A stretch of 64,000 bases of DNA from an uncultured Thermoleophilia bacterium (GTDB lineage: Bacteria > Actinomycetota > Thermoleophilia > UBA2241). Positions 47,471-57,546 of this stretch are shown here, piece by piece. The stretch covers positions 96,001 through 160,000 of the forward strand of contig CAVPCT010000002.1 in assembly GCA_963702475.1 (NCBI GenBank), written 5' to 3'. How positions within the stretch are numbered: position 1 is the stretch's first letter; each line of letters opens with the position of its first letter. A program made the translations under genes and the position numbers. The notes beneath the pieces were generated by a model. It ran no database searches, was not told the origin of the DNA, and saw only the letters and a list, made by a program, of their open reading frames with translations.

Positions 47471-48069
47471 GCGACTACGGACACCCGGACGACCCGCCTC
47501 GTCGCCGGTACTCGGCGGACGAACAGCCGTCGCCGTACGACGCCCTCGGGCCGCCTCCGGACGACGACCCCATGGCGGCTCTCGAGCAACGCCTGCAGAA
47601 CATGGCACCCGCTGCGCCTGCGCCGCAGGCGCCGCCCCCTGCGCAGAGCGCGCCACTCGTCCCGGCGGCGTCCCGGCCGCGGGAACGCTCGCGCGGGCGG
47701 CCGCGGCCGGCGGGCGCGCGCCGTCGCCGCGGCTCCCTGGTGGCGCGCATCGCCGCGCCGGTCGTGTTCCTCTTCGCGGTCATCGCGTTCGTCGCGCTGG
47801 TCTACGAGTCGGGCATCATCGGCGGCACCGACGAGTCGCCGACCGCCTCGCCCACACCCGTTGCCACCAAGGGCACCAAGACCGACGGGCAGACCACCAC
47901 CATCGCCATCAAGAAGTACACGGTGAAGGAGGGCGATACGCTGTCGGGCATCGCGGTCAAGTACGACACCACCGTGAACACCATCCTGGACCTCAACCCC
48001 GACCTCAGCACGAGTACCCTCGTGGTGGGCACCAGGATCAAGGTGCCCAAGCCTTCCCCCAGCCCCTGA
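47467..48069 (+). CDS. Membrane protein with C-terminal LysM domain
   Basis: One TM helix then YTVKEGDTLSGIAVKYDTTVNTILDLNP. Confidence 0.85.
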   Translation: MSDYGHPDDPPRRRYSADEQPSPYDALGPPPDDDPMAALEQRLQNMAPAAPAPQAPPPAQSAPLVPAASRPRERSRGRPRPAGARRRRGSLVARIAAPVVFLFAVIAFVALVYESGIIGGTDESPTASPTPVATKGTKTDGQTTTIAIKKYTVKEGDTLSGIAVKYDTTVNTILDLNPDLSTSTLVVGTRIKVPKPSPSP

Positions 48070-48357
48070 CGCCCGCCCGCCGGCGGTAGCCGGCCGCGCT
48101 GGCCACCTCACCCGGCCGGCCGCTGCGTCGCCCGCGCGGCGGGCATCGTCGCGCACGGCCCGCCGCTCCTCGTCGACTTCCTCCGTGCGCTTCCACGCGC
48201 CCCGTCAGCTGAGTGGCGCACGCCGGCCGCGGGCGCCGTCACCTCTCCCGCCCCGATGCCGGTCCTCGTTCCGGCGCATACCTGCGGGTGCCGGGCCCGG
48301 CGCGTCCTCGCGCCGACTGCACCGCACCACACCGTGTGGGGGACCAGGGGACGACAA

Positions 48358-48414
48358 GTGGGGAAAGAATCCTTCAAAGTGTTGCAATGTGGGGAGAAGT
48401 GGGGTACGGTGGCG
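48358..48414 (+). promoter_or_regulatory. MraZ operator boxes
   Basis: GTGGGG at 48358, 48389 and 48399 and GTGGCG at 48409 (10-bp spacing for the last three) directly upstream of mraZ. Confidence 0.8.
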
Positions 48415-48416
48415 CC

Positions 48417-48854
48417 ATGCAGCGGCCGATCCTCGTGGGGGAGTACGAGTTGACGCTCGACGCGAAGAACCGCGTCGCCGTCCCCGCACGTCTGCGCGGG
48501 CCGTTCATGGAAGGCATCTACCTGGCCAAAGAGCCGGAGCCGTGTCTAGGGGGGTGGAGCCCGGACGACTTCGCCAACCGCCTCGACGAGGACACGGCGG
48601 CCACACAGCCGGGCAGCGCCGCGCGACGCGACATCAAGCGCCAGCTGGCCGCGAACGCCGTGTTCCTGGAGCTCGACCGTCAAGGGCGCGTGACCCTGCC
48701 CGCCAAGCACTTGGACTACGCCGGCGTGACCCATGACGTCACCGTCATCGGCGCGCAGGACCATCTCGAGATCTGGGACCGCGCCCGCTGGGCGCGCCAC
48801 CTGGCCCGCCTGGAGGAGGAGGCCGATGCTACCGCAGCTGAGCATGCGACTTGA
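48417..48854 (+). CDS. mraZ: Division/cell wall cluster repressor MraZ
   Basis: [31 protein letters not shown]. Confidence 0.93.
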   Translation: MQRPILVGEYELTLDAKNRVAVPARLRGPFMEGIYLAKEPEPCLGGWSPDDFANRLDEDTAATQPGSAARRDIKRQLAANAVFLELDRQGRVTLPAKHLDYAGVTHDVTVIGAQDHLEIWDRARWARHLARLEEEADATAAEHAT

Positions 48855-49791
48855 TGAGTACGAGATGGCCCTCGCTCACACCCCGGTCCTCCTCGACGAG
48901 CTGCTCGAACTGCTGCGGCCGGCTCGGGGCGAGGTGGCCGTGGACTGTACGTTCGGGGCCGGCGGGCACGCCGAGGCCGTGGCCGCGCAGCTGGGCGCCA
49001 GAGGTCGTCTGATCGTGGTCGATCGCGACCCGAGTGTCGCGGAGTATCGTGCGCGACGTGGCGCGCGAGGCGCCGTGCCCGATGGAGCTGTACCAGGGCA
49101 ACTTCTCCGAGGTGCTCGCCGACATGGCGGACGCCTCGGCCGACCTGGTCTACATGGACCTGGGCGTGTCGTCCATGCAGCTCGACCGCCGTGAACGCGG
49201 CTTCTCCTACGCCTACGACGCGCCGCTGGACATGCGTATGGACCCGGACCTGGAGGTCACGGCGGCCGACCTGGTCAACACGCTGCCCGAAGGCGAGCTG
49301 GCCGACATCTTCCGCCGCTACGGCGAGGAACGGTATGCCAAGGGCATCGCCCGCGGCATCGTGCTGACGCGCCAGAAGACCCCGTTCACCACCACGTGCG
49401 AGCTCGTCGAGGTCATCAAGCGCAACATCCCCACCCCTGCCCGCTTCGGCGCCGGCAATCCCGCGCGTCGCGTCTTCCAGGCGCTGCGCATCGTCGTCAA
49501 CGACGAGCTCCAGTCGCTGGCCCGAGGCCTCGACGAGGCATATCGCGTGCTGCGTCCGGGCGGGCGCCTGGCGGCGATCAGCTTCCACTCGCTCGAGGAC
49601 CGCATGGTCAAGGAGTTCCTCAAGGGTCACGCCGCCGGCTGCATCTGCCCGCCGGGCTGCCCCAGTGCGTGTGCGGTCACGAGCCTACGCTGCGCGTGCT
49701 CACGCGCCGGCCGGTCACGCCGCGGCAGCGCGAGGTCGAGCAGAACCCGCGCAGCAAGTCCGCCAAGCTCCGCGTCGCCGTCAAGCTCTAG
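48826..49791 (+). CDS. rsmH: 16S rRNA m4C1402 methyltransferase; frameshifts near 49048 and 49655
   Basis: [56 protein letters not shown] across three ORF segments. Confidence 0.92.
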
Positions 49792-49799
49792 GAGCCGGC

Positions 49800-50219
49800 A
49801 TGGCGGCGACCGCACAGGCGCGGCGGGGCGCAGCGGCGCCGCGCCGGGATGAGGAGCACGAGCGTTACGAGGCGCAGGCTGCCCAGCGGCGCGCGCCCCG
49901 CTCGCGCCGGCGCGCCGCCCAGCGCGCCCGCTTCACGCGCGCGTTCGTCCTGTTCGTGTGCTGTCTCACGCTGCTGGCCGTGGGCCGCGTCGCGCTCAGC
50001 TTCGCCGTCGTGCAGAAGACCATCGAGACCGACGCGATCGCCCGGGAGCAGCGCGCCGTGACGGCTGAGAACGCGCAGCTCGCGGAAGACCTCGCCCAGC
50101 TCGGATCCACGGTCCGTATCCGCCACATCGCCGAGAACCAGCTCGGCCTCGTGGACGCCGATCACGTCCGGTATCTCCGCGTGCACCTTCCTGCCGACAA
50201 GGCGGCCACGAGGCCCTGA
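49800..50219 (+). CDS. ftsL: Cell division protein FtsL-like
   Basis: TM helix plus coiled coil, RIRHIAENQLGL; lies between rsmH and ftsI. Confidence 0.75.
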   Translation: MAATAQARRGAAAPRRDEEHERYEAQAAQRRAPRSRRRAAQRARFTRAFVLFVCCLTLLAVGRVALSFAVVQKTIETDAIAREQRAVTAENAQLAEDLAQLGSTVRIRHIAENQLGLVDADHVRYLRVHLPADKAATRP

Positions 50220-51982
50220 TGGCGGCCTCCCAGCCAGGACGGCGTCGCGCGACCCGCAGGCGCGGCGGCGCCCTGCGCTCGCTCTCCCGGGCCGCCGGCC
50301 GCGGCGGCGGCGTCGCCGGGGGCCGCGGTGTGGACGGCCGCATCCGTCTGCTCCGCTTCCTCTTCATCGTGTTCCTCGTGCTCGTCGGCGGCAGGGCCGT
50401 GGCGCTCGCCTCGTCCTCGCAGCACCTCACGCAGATCGCCCTTTCACAGCAGACGGCGACCGTCGTATTGCCGGCCCACCGCGGCGCGATCCTCGACCGC
50501 AACGGCCGCGAACTCGCCGTCGGCAAGCCGGCCAAGACCGTGTTCGCCACCCCGTACCTGCTCGACGAACCGCGTGCCGCGGCCAAACAGCTGTGGCGGG
50601 TGCTCCACATCCGCCGCCACAAGGACCGTCTCAAGCTGCGCAAGGCTCTGGAGGACAAGGAGAGCGGGTTCGCCTACGTGGCCCGCAAGGTCGACCCGGC
50701 CCTCGCCAAGGCGGCCCTGGCGCTCGACATCCCCGGGGTGGGCGCGTACGACGAGGAGGAACGCGCCTATCCCGATGCGAGGCTCCGCCGGGCAGGTGCT
50801 GGGGTTCGTCGGGGTCGACGGCAACGGGCTCGAGGGGTTGGAGAAAGTCTACGAGGACGCCCTGGCCGGGGAGGCCGGCAGCGAGACCATCGTGCGGGAC
50901 CCCGCGGGGCGCACGCTCAAGACGGTCGCGCACAAGGAGCCCACCACCGGGGCCGACGTGCGCCTCACCCTGGACGAGACCATCCAGTACGCAGCGGAGG
51001 ACGTGCTCAAGTCCACTCTCCGCAGCAGCGGCGCCAAAGCAGCCGTAGCCATCGTCATGGACCCCCGCAGCGGCGAGGTCCTGGCCATGGCCAATGCGCC
51101 GGCGCTCAAGGGCGACGTCTTCAACGCCGACGCCGACGTCATGCGCAACCGCTGCGTCACCGACATCTACGAGCCGGGTTCCATCTTCAAGTTGGTGACC
51201 ATCTCGGGGGCCCTTGCGGACGGGGTCGTCACGACGAAGGACACGTTCACGCTGCCCCCGTCACTCACGCTGTACGACCGCACCATCCACGAATCCCACG
51301 AGCGCGGCACCGTCACCTACTCGGTACGCGAGATCCTGAAGTGGTCGAGCAACGTGGGCGCCGTGAAGATCGGCATGAAGATGGGCAAGGAGAAGCTCCT
51401 GAAGTGGATGCGCAGGTTCGGCTTCGGCGAGCCCACCGGCCTGGACTTCCCCGGGGAGGGGGCGGCCTCGTCCCGGCGGCCGAGCTGTGGTCCGGCACCT
51501 CCATCGTCAACATCCCCATGGGGCAGGGCATCGCCGTGACCCCCATCCAGATGGTTGTTGCGTTCTCCACGGTGGCCAACAACGGCGTGCAGGTCACGCC
51601 GCAGCTTGTCGCGCAGGTGGGAGGCGCTGTGGCGGAGGCTCCGACTGAGCGGCGCGTCATCCCGGCCAAGGTGGCGCGCCAGGTCCGCTCCATGCTCGCC
51701 ACGGCGGTCGAAGAGGGCACCGGCACCAAGGCTCAGATCCCCGGCTACGAGGTGGCCGGCAAGACGGGCACGGCCGAGAAGCCGCTGCCCAACGGCGGCG
51801 GGTACTCCAAGACCGACTACGTGGCGTCGTTCGTCGGCATGGTGCCGGCCGACCACCCGCGTCTCGTGGTGCTCGTGGCCGTGGATTCGCCGCGCTCGTC
51901 CATCTACGGCGGCGACATCGCCGCGCCCGCCGTGCAGAAGATCATGCGCTTCTCGCTGCAGCACCTGGAGATCGCCCCGTGA
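50219..51982 (+). CDS. ftsI: Class B penicillin-binding protein FtsI; two compensating frameshifts (about 50772 and 51460)
   Basis: RGAILDRNG; YEPGSIFK (SxxK) and SSN lie in the alternative frame; KTGT. Confidence 0.92.
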   Translation: MAASQPGRRRATRRRGGALRSLSRAAGRGGGVAGGRGVDGRIRLLRFLFIVFLVLVGGRAVALASSSQHLTQIALSQQTATVVLPAHRGAILDRNGRELAVGKPAKTVFATPYLLDEPRAAAKQLWRVLHIRRHKDRLKLRKALEDKESGFAYVARKVDPALAKAALALDIPGVGAYDEEERAYPDARLRRAGAGVRRGRRQRARGVGESLRGRPGRGGRQRDHRAGPRGAHAQDGRAQGAHHRGRRAPHPGRDHPVRSGGRAQVHSPQQRRQSSRSHRHGPPQRRGPGHGQCAGAQGRRLQRRRRRHAQPLRHRHLRAGFHLQVGDHLGGPCGRGRHDEGHVHAAPVTHAVRPHHPRIPRARHRHLLGTRDPEVVEQRGRREDRHEDGQGEAPEVDAQVRLRRAHRPGLPRGGGGLVPAAELWSGTSIVNIPMGQGIAVTPIQMVVAFSTVANNGVQVTPQLVAQVGGAVAEAPTERRVIPAKVARQVRSMLATAVEEGTGTKAQIPGYEVAGKTGTAEKPLPNGGGYSKTDYVASFVGMVPADHPRLVVLVAVDSPRSSIYGGDIAAPAVQKIMRFSLQHLEIAP

Positions 51983-52073
51983 GCTCGACCCTGTGCGCGC
52001 TTTGGACGGGACGGCGCCTCGGGCCCCGGGAGCCGGGCACCGCCGCCCGGCGGTTCTGATAGAATCCGCGCCG

Positions 52074-53594
52074 ATGAAGCTAGCCGAGCTGGTGCAGGGG
52101 GTCGACGGCGCTACGGTGCGCGGCGACCCGGCTACCGAGGTCAGTGGCCTCGCCTACCACACGCGTGACGTCGCCGACGGCACGCTTTTCTTTTGCGTGC
52201 CGGGGCTCAGCGCCGACGGACACGCCTTCGCCGGCCGGGCCGTAGAGCACGGCGCTGCTGCGCTGGTCTGCGAGCGGTCCACCGGCGCCGCGGCCGCGGA
52301 GGTCCTGGTGCCGTCGGCGCGCCGCGCCATGGCGCTCATCGCGGCGCGCTGGTACGGGGAGCCGTCGCGCGAGCTCACGGTCGCGGGCGTCACGGGCACC
52401 AACGGCAAGACGACCACGGCCCACCTCGTGGCCGGCATCCTCGCCGCGGCCGGCAAGCGGACGGCCCTCCTCGGCACGGTAGTCAACCGCATCGGCGGCG
52501 TCGACAACGCCGTCACGCTGACGACCGCCGAGTCGCTCGACCTGCAGCGCATGTTCCGGGAGATGCTGGACGCCGGTGACGAGGCGTGCGCGCTGGAGGT
52601 CAGCTCGCACGCCCTGTCGCAGGACCGCGCCCTCGGCATCGACTTCGACGCGGTGCTGTTCAGCAATCTCACGCGCGACCACCTCGACTACCACAAGGAC
52701 CTCGACGACTACTTCCTCGCCAAGCGTCGCCTGTTCCTGCCGGACGAAGCGCGCAGCGGCTCGGCCAGAGCTATCGTCAACGTCGGGGACGAGTACGGCC
52801 GGCGCCTGGCCGGCGAGTGCCGGCCGATCTACGGCGACGACCTCTGGACCTGTCTCGTCGCCGACGGGCAGACGGCAGGGCTGCAGCCGGACGAGCGGCC
52901 CGACGCGGAGGCGCGCGACCTGCGGCTGCGCGCCGACGGCTCCGAGTTCACGCTCGCCGTTCCGCGCCTGGACCTCGAGGAGAGGGTGGTACTCAGGCTC
53001 GCGGCGCGCTTCAACGTCGAGAACGCCCTGGCCGCGGCCGCGGCCGGACTGGCCCTGGGTGTCCCGGCCGAGGCCGTGGTGCGCGGGCTCTCGGTGACCG
53101 AGGGCGTGCCCGGGCGTTTCCAGGCCGTCCGTGTGGGCCAGCCGTTCGCCGTGATCGTGGACTACTCGCACACACCCGACTCGCTCGAGAACGCGCTCCG
53201 TGCCGCGCGCAGCGTCACGCGCGGCCGTGTGCTCGTGGTGTTCGGCTGCGGCGGCGACCGCGACCGCGGCAAACGGCCGCTGATGGGCGACATCGGCGCG
53301 CGGCTCGCCGACCTCGCCTACGTCACGTCCGACAACCCACGCAGCGAGGAGCCGCTGGCCATCATCGACGAGATCGTCGCCGGGGTGCCCGAGGAGCTGG
53401 CGACGCGGGTCACCGTCGAAGCGGACAGGCGCCTGGCCATCAGGCTGGCCCTGGACGACGCCCGGGACGACGACTGCGTGGTCATCGCCGGCAAGGGTCA
53501 CGAGCAGGGGCAGCTCATCGGCGACCGCCGCATCCCGTTCGACGACCGGCGGGTGGCCGAGGAGCTCCTGGCGGAGCTCGGCGGGGATTGGTGA
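52074..53594 (+). CDS. murE: UDP-MurNAc-tripeptide synthetase
   Basis: GVTGTNGKTT, EVSSH, NLTRDHLDYH, DYSHTPD, FGCGGDRD, SDNPR, AGKGHE. Confidence 0.96.
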   Translation: MKLAELVQGVDGATVRGDPATEVSGLAYHTRDVADGTLFFCVPGLSADGHAFAGRAVEHGAAALVCERSTGAAAAEVLVPSARRAMALIAARWYGEPSRELTVAGVTGTNGKTTTAHLVAGILAAAGKRTALLGTVVNRIGGVDNAVTLTTAESLDLQRMFREMLDAGDEACALEVSSHALSQDRALGIDFDAVLFSNLTRDHLDYHKDLDDYFLAKRRLFLPDEARSGSARAIVNVGDEYGRRLAGECRPIYGDDLWTCLVADGQTAGLQPDERPDAEARDLRLRADGSEFTLAVPRLDLEERVVLRLAARFNVENALAAAAAGLALGVPAEAVVRGLSVTEGVPGRFQAVRVGQPFAVIVDYSHTPDSLENALRAARSVTRGRVLVVFGCGGDRDRGKRPLMGDIGARLADLAYVTSDNPRSEEPLAIIDEIVAGVPEELATRVTVEADRRLAIRLALDDARDDDCVVIAGKGHEQGQLIGDRRIPFDDRRVAEELLAELGGDW

Positions 53595-53598
53595 CGCG

Positions 53599-55050
53599 GT
53601 GCTGCCCCTGACGCTCGCCGAGGTGGCGGCCGCCTGCGGCGGCGAGCTGCGCGGCAGCCGGCGCGGCACGGTGGTCGCCTCCGTCACCACCGATTCGCGG
53701 TGTCTCACGACGGGCGACCTCTTCGTCGGCCTGCGCGGTGCGTCGTTCGACGGCGACGCCTACGCCGCGGAGGCGCTGGCCGCCGGCGCCGCGGCCGCGG
53801 TGGTGCGAGCCGAGACCGCGGCTGCCCTCCCGCCGGAGGCGTCTGCGATCGTCGTCAAGGACGGCCTGCGGGCGCTGCAGGACCTGGCCACGGAAGTCCG
53901 GCGCCGCTCGCGCGCCCGCGTCGTGGCCGTCACCGGCAGCGCCGGCAAGACCTCCACCAAAGACATCCTCACGGCGCTGCTTCGCCCTGTGGCGCGCACG
54001 GTCGCCACGACGGCGAACCACAACAACGAGGTCGGTGTCCCACTGACGCTGCTGCAGACAGCGCCGGACACCGAGGTCGTGGTGGTGGAGATGGCCATGC
54101 GCGGCGCGGGGCAGATCCGCGAGCTGGCTCGCGTGGCGCTGCCCGACATCGGCATCATCACGACCATCGCCCCCGTGCATCTGGAGCTGGTCGGCACCAT
54201 CGAACACGTGGCCGCAGCCAAGGCCGAGCTCATCGAGGAGCTCGGCGGGGGCACGGCCGTCGTTCCCGCCGGCGAGGCGCTCCTGGAGCCGCATCTCGCC
54301 GCCTTCAAGGGTCGCGTGGTCACCTTTGGCGAGCCCGAAGCGGACGTGCACTACGTGGACGAGGAGCGGCGCGGCGACAGCACGCACGTGCTCGTGGATG
54401 CGTTCCGGCACCGCGCCAGGCTCGTCTTCAGCTTCACCGGCGGCCACTACCTGCGCGACGCCCTGGCCGCCCTCGGCGCCTTCGTGGACCTCGGCTATCC
54501 CCTTGAGCAGGCCCGTGCCGGCGCCGCCCAGGTCGCTTTCAGCGACCTCCGCGGCGCCGTATCGGCTCTCGCCGGCGGCGGCCTGCTGCTGAACGATGCC
54601 TACAACGCCAATCCGCTGGCCATGCGGGCCGCCGTCGACCACCTCGTGAGCATCGCCGACGCGCGGCCCACCGTGGCCGTGCTCGGCGACATGTACGAGC
54701 TGGGGGAGGGCGCGCCCGCCTACCACCACGAGGTCGGCCGCCACTGCGAGGCCGCCGGTGTGCGCGTGGTGGCCGTCGGCGCCCTCGCACACGGTTACCT
54801 CACCGGCGCTCCGGGCGAGCGCTGGTTCGCCACGGTCGGCGAGTGCATCGCAGCGCTGCCGGAGGTCGTCCCGCCCGGCAGCGCCGTGCTGGTGAAGGCA
54901 TCGCGGGGTCTGCGCCTGGAGCGGGTCGCGGAGGCGCTGGCCGCGCGACAGGCAGAGGCCGGCGCGGTCTGCGGTGGAGCCGCGGGCGCGCGGGACCCGG
55001 CCTTTGCCCCTGTGCCGGCCACGCCGTCTCGGGAGCCCGCCGATGCTTAG
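53599..55050 (+). CDS. murF: UDP-MurNAc-pentapeptide synthetase
   Basis: VTGSAGKTSTK, NNEVGVP, EMAM, NDAYNANP, LGDMYELG, VKASRG. Confidence 0.95.
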   Translation: MLPLTLAEVAAACGGELRGSRRGTVVASVTTDSRCLTTGDLFVGLRGASFDGDAYAAEALAAGAAAAVVRAETAAALPPEASAIVVKDGLRALQDLATEVRRRSRARVVAVTGSAGKTSTKDILTALLRPVARTVATTANHNNEVGVPLTLLQTAPDTEVVVVEMAMRGAGQIRELARVALPDIGIITTIAPVHLELVGTIEHVAAAKAELIEELGGGTAVVPAGEALLEPHLAAFKGRVVTFGEPEADVHYVDEERRGDSTHVLVDAFRHRARLVFSFTGGHYLRDALAALGAFVDLGYPLEQARAGAAQVAFSDLRGAVSALAGGGLLLNDAYNANPLAMRAAVDHLVSIADARPTVAVLGDMYELGEGAPAYHHEVGRHCEAAGVRVVAVGALAHGYLTGAPGERWFATVGECIAALPEVVPPGSAVLVKASRGLRLERVAEALAARQAEAGAVCGGAAGARDPAFAPVPATPSREPADA

Positions 55051-56029
55051 GGCCATGGGCGCCGGCGTGGTCGCCATGATCCTCATGCTCGTCGTCGGCC
55101 CGGCCTTCATCCGCTGGCTGCGCGTCAACGAGTTCGGCCAGAGCATCCGCGAGGAGGGGCCCGAGGGCCACAAGACCAAAGAAGGCACGCCCACCATGGG
55201 CGGCATGCTCATCTGGCTGGCCGTGGTCGTGCCGTTCCTCATCTTCAGCCGTTTCTCCGTCGCCTCCCTGGCGGTCATGATCGCCGCCCTCGGCAACGCC
55301 GCCATCGGCTTCGCCGACGACTGGATCAAGATCGTCAGGCGCCGTTCGCTCGGGCTCACCGCCCGGTACAAGCTCATCCTCCAGCTGGCCCTGGCACTCT
55401 TCATCGGGTTCGTGGCTCTGCACTTCGTGGGCCTCGACACGCGCGTCGACGTCCCGTTCACCGACTGGCAGGTGGAGCTGCCTCTGTGGCTCTACTACAC
55501 GGTGATCTTCCTCACGATCGCCGGGTTCTCCAACGCCGTGAACCTCACCGACGGGCTGGACGGGCTCGCGGCCGGGGCCTCGGCCATCGTGCTTGTCGCC
55601 ATGGCCGGTATCGCCTTCGTCATCGGGCGCAACGCCAGCGACCCCGGGATCAGCGACCTCATGGTCGTGGCCGGCTGCATCGGCGGCGCCTGCCTGGGGT
55701 TCCTCTGGTACAACACGTTCCCCGCCGACGTCTTCATGGGGGACACGGGCTCGCTCGGCCTGGGTGGCGCCATCGCCGGCATGGCCGTGATGACCCGCAC
55801 TGAGTTCGTGCTGCTCATCATCGGGGGCCTGTTCGTGATCGAGGCCGGCTCCGTGGCGCTGCAGGTCTTCACCTTCAAGGTCTTCCACCGGCGTGTGCTG
55901 CTCATGGCGCCGCTGCACCACCACTTCGAGCTCAAGGCGTGGTCGGAGACCAAGATCATCGTGCGCTTCTGGATCATCGCGGCGCTGTTCGCCGGCGCCG
56001 GGTTCGCAGCCTACTACGCCACCTTCTAG
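55043..56029 (+). CDS. mraY: Phospho-MurNAc-pentapeptide transferase
   Basis: GTPTMGG, DDWIK, NAVNLTDGLDGL, FMGDTGS, MAPLHHHFE. Confidence 0.97.
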   Translation: MLRAMGAGVVAMILMLVVGPAFIRWLRVNEFGQSIREEGPEGHKTKEGTPTMGGMLIWLAVVVPFLIFSRFSVASLAVMIAALGNAAIGFADDWIKIVRRRSLGLTARYKLILQLALALFIGFVALHFVGLDTRVDVPFTDWQVELPLWLYYTVIFLTIAGFSNAVNLTDGLDGLAAGASAIVLVAMAGIAFVIGRNASDPGISDLMVVAGCIGGACLGFLWYNTFPADVFMGDTGSLGLGGAIAGMAVMTRTEFVLLIIGGLFVIEAGSVALQVFTFKVFHRRVLLMAPLHHHFELKAWSETKIIVRFWIIAALFAGAGFAAYYATF

Positions 56030-56042
56030 GAGGGCCGGCGCC

Positions 56043-57530
56043 ATGGAGCTGAGCGACGTCCGTTGTCTGGTGGTGCTGGGCCTGCGCCGCTCCGGGCTGC
56101 CGGCGGCGCTGCTCGCCCGCCGGCGTCTTCCCGCGGTGCGCGTCGTGGCCCTCGACGAGGGAGCGGCGCCCGAGGAGGCCACGGCCGAGCTGTTGGCGGC
56201 CGGGGTGGAGGTGCTCACCGGCGCCGCGGCCGTCCTGCCCGACGACGCGGACCTGCTCGTCAAGAGCCCCGGCGTGCCCAACGAGAGCGCCGTGGTGCAG
56301 GGAGCACTGCGGCGCGGCGTCGCGCTGTGGAGCGAGGTGGAGCTCGCCGCCCGCTTCCTGCCCAACAGGATCGTCGGCATCACCGGCACCAACGGCAAGA
56401 CCACGACCACCGAGCTCACCGGCGCCCTGTTCCGCGACGCGGGTCTGCCGGTGGCCGTGGGCGGCAACATCGGGCACGCCCTGGCCGGCATGCCTGAAGA
56501 GGTGCCGGCCGACGCGGTGGTGGTGGCCGAGCTCTCGAGCTTCCAGCTGGAGCACATCGAGCGCTTTCGGCCCGACGTGGCGGTGCTGCTGAACCTGGCG
56601 GAGGACCACCTGGACCGCCACGGCGACTACCGCGGCTACGCCGACGCCAAGCTGCGCGTCCTCGAGAACCAGACGCCGAGCGACCTCGCGGTGCTGTGCG
56701 CCGACGACCCCGGCGTGCTGGAGGAGGCGGCGGCCGGCCGTCTCACGGGCAGCGGCCGCCGCGCCTGGTTCTCGTCGGTGCCGGGGCGCGACGACGGACC
56801 CGGCGGCGCGCCGCTCATCGCCGGCGTCGGCGCGGACGGCGTGCTGTGGGTGGACGGGGACCTGGTCCCTGCCGCCGGCCGCGCGGGGGACGTGCCGTCG
56901 GCGCGACGGCCCGAGGCGGACGCTCGCGGCCGGATCGCGCTCTGTCCGGCGGCGGAGCTGTCGCTGCGCGGCGACCACAACGTGCAGAACGCGCTGGCCG
57001 CCGCCGTGGCGGCGTGCGCCCTGGGCGTGCCGCCCGTCTCCGCCGCGCAGACGCTGCGCACGTTCGCCGGCGTACCGCACCGCCTTCAGGTGGTCGCCGT
57101 CGTCGGCGGCGTCACCTACGTGAACGACTCCAAGGGCACCAACGTGGACGCCGTGCTCAAGGCGCTCACCGCGTATACGCAGCGCGTACACCTGATCCTC
57201 GGCGGCTACGACAAGGGCGCCGAGTGGGACGAGCTGGTCGTCGCGACCGAGGGTCGCGTCGTGGAGGCGCTGCTCATCGGTGCCACGGCCCTGCAGCTGG
57301 AGGCCGCCTTCAGAGCGCGCGCGGCCGCGTGCGGCTCGCGCGCGACGCCGGCCGTGGTGTGCGGCGACCTCGAGACGGCCATGCAGCTCGCCTCCGTGGA
57401 CGCGGTGCCGGGTGACGTGGTGCTCCTCAGCCCAGCCTGCGCGAGCTGGGACCAGTACAGGGATTACGAGGCTCGGGGCGAACACTTCATCGAACTCGTG
57501 GAACGTCTTGAGACAAGCGGCACGCCGTGA
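56043..57530 (+). CDS. murD: UDP-MurNAc-L-Ala:D-Glu ligase
   Basis: KSPGVP, GITGTNGKTT, GGNIG, ELSSFQLE, DHLDRH, NDSKGTN, LSPACASWD. Confidence 0.96.
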   Translation: MELSDVRCLVVLGLRRSGLPAALLARRRLPAVRVVALDEGAAPEEATAELLAAGVEVLTGAAAVLPDDADLLVKSPGVPNESAVVQGALRRGVALWSEVELAARFLPNRIVGITGTNGKTTTTELTGALFRDAGLPVAVGGNIGHALAGMPEEVPADAVVVAELSSFQLEHIERFRPDVAVLLNLAEDHLDRHGDYRGYADAKLRVLENQTPSDLAVLCADDPGVLEEAAAGRLTGSGRRAWFSSVPGRDDGPGGAPLIAGVGADGVLWVDGDLVPAAGRAGDVPSARRPEADARGRIALCPAAELSLRGDHNVQNALAAAVAACALGVPPVSAAQTLRTFAGVPHRLQVVAVVGGVTYVNDSKGTNVDAVLKALTAYTQRVHLILGGYDKGAEWDELVVATEGRVVEALLIGATALQLEAAFRARAAACGSRATPAVVCGDLETAMQLASVDAVPGDVVLLSPACASWDQYRDYEARGEHFIELVERLETSGTP

Positions 57531-57546
57531 CTTCGCGGAGGGGCCG

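Noticed and set aside
48070-48350. ncRNA or small gene between the LysM gene and mraZ
   Set aside because: GC-rich sequence with no recognisable RNA motif or credible ORF.
48826-51982. Programmed frameshifting or pseudogenisation of rsmH and ftsI
   Set aside because: ftsI is essential, the shifts compensate or fall in homopolymers, and no slippery heptamer or stimulator is present.
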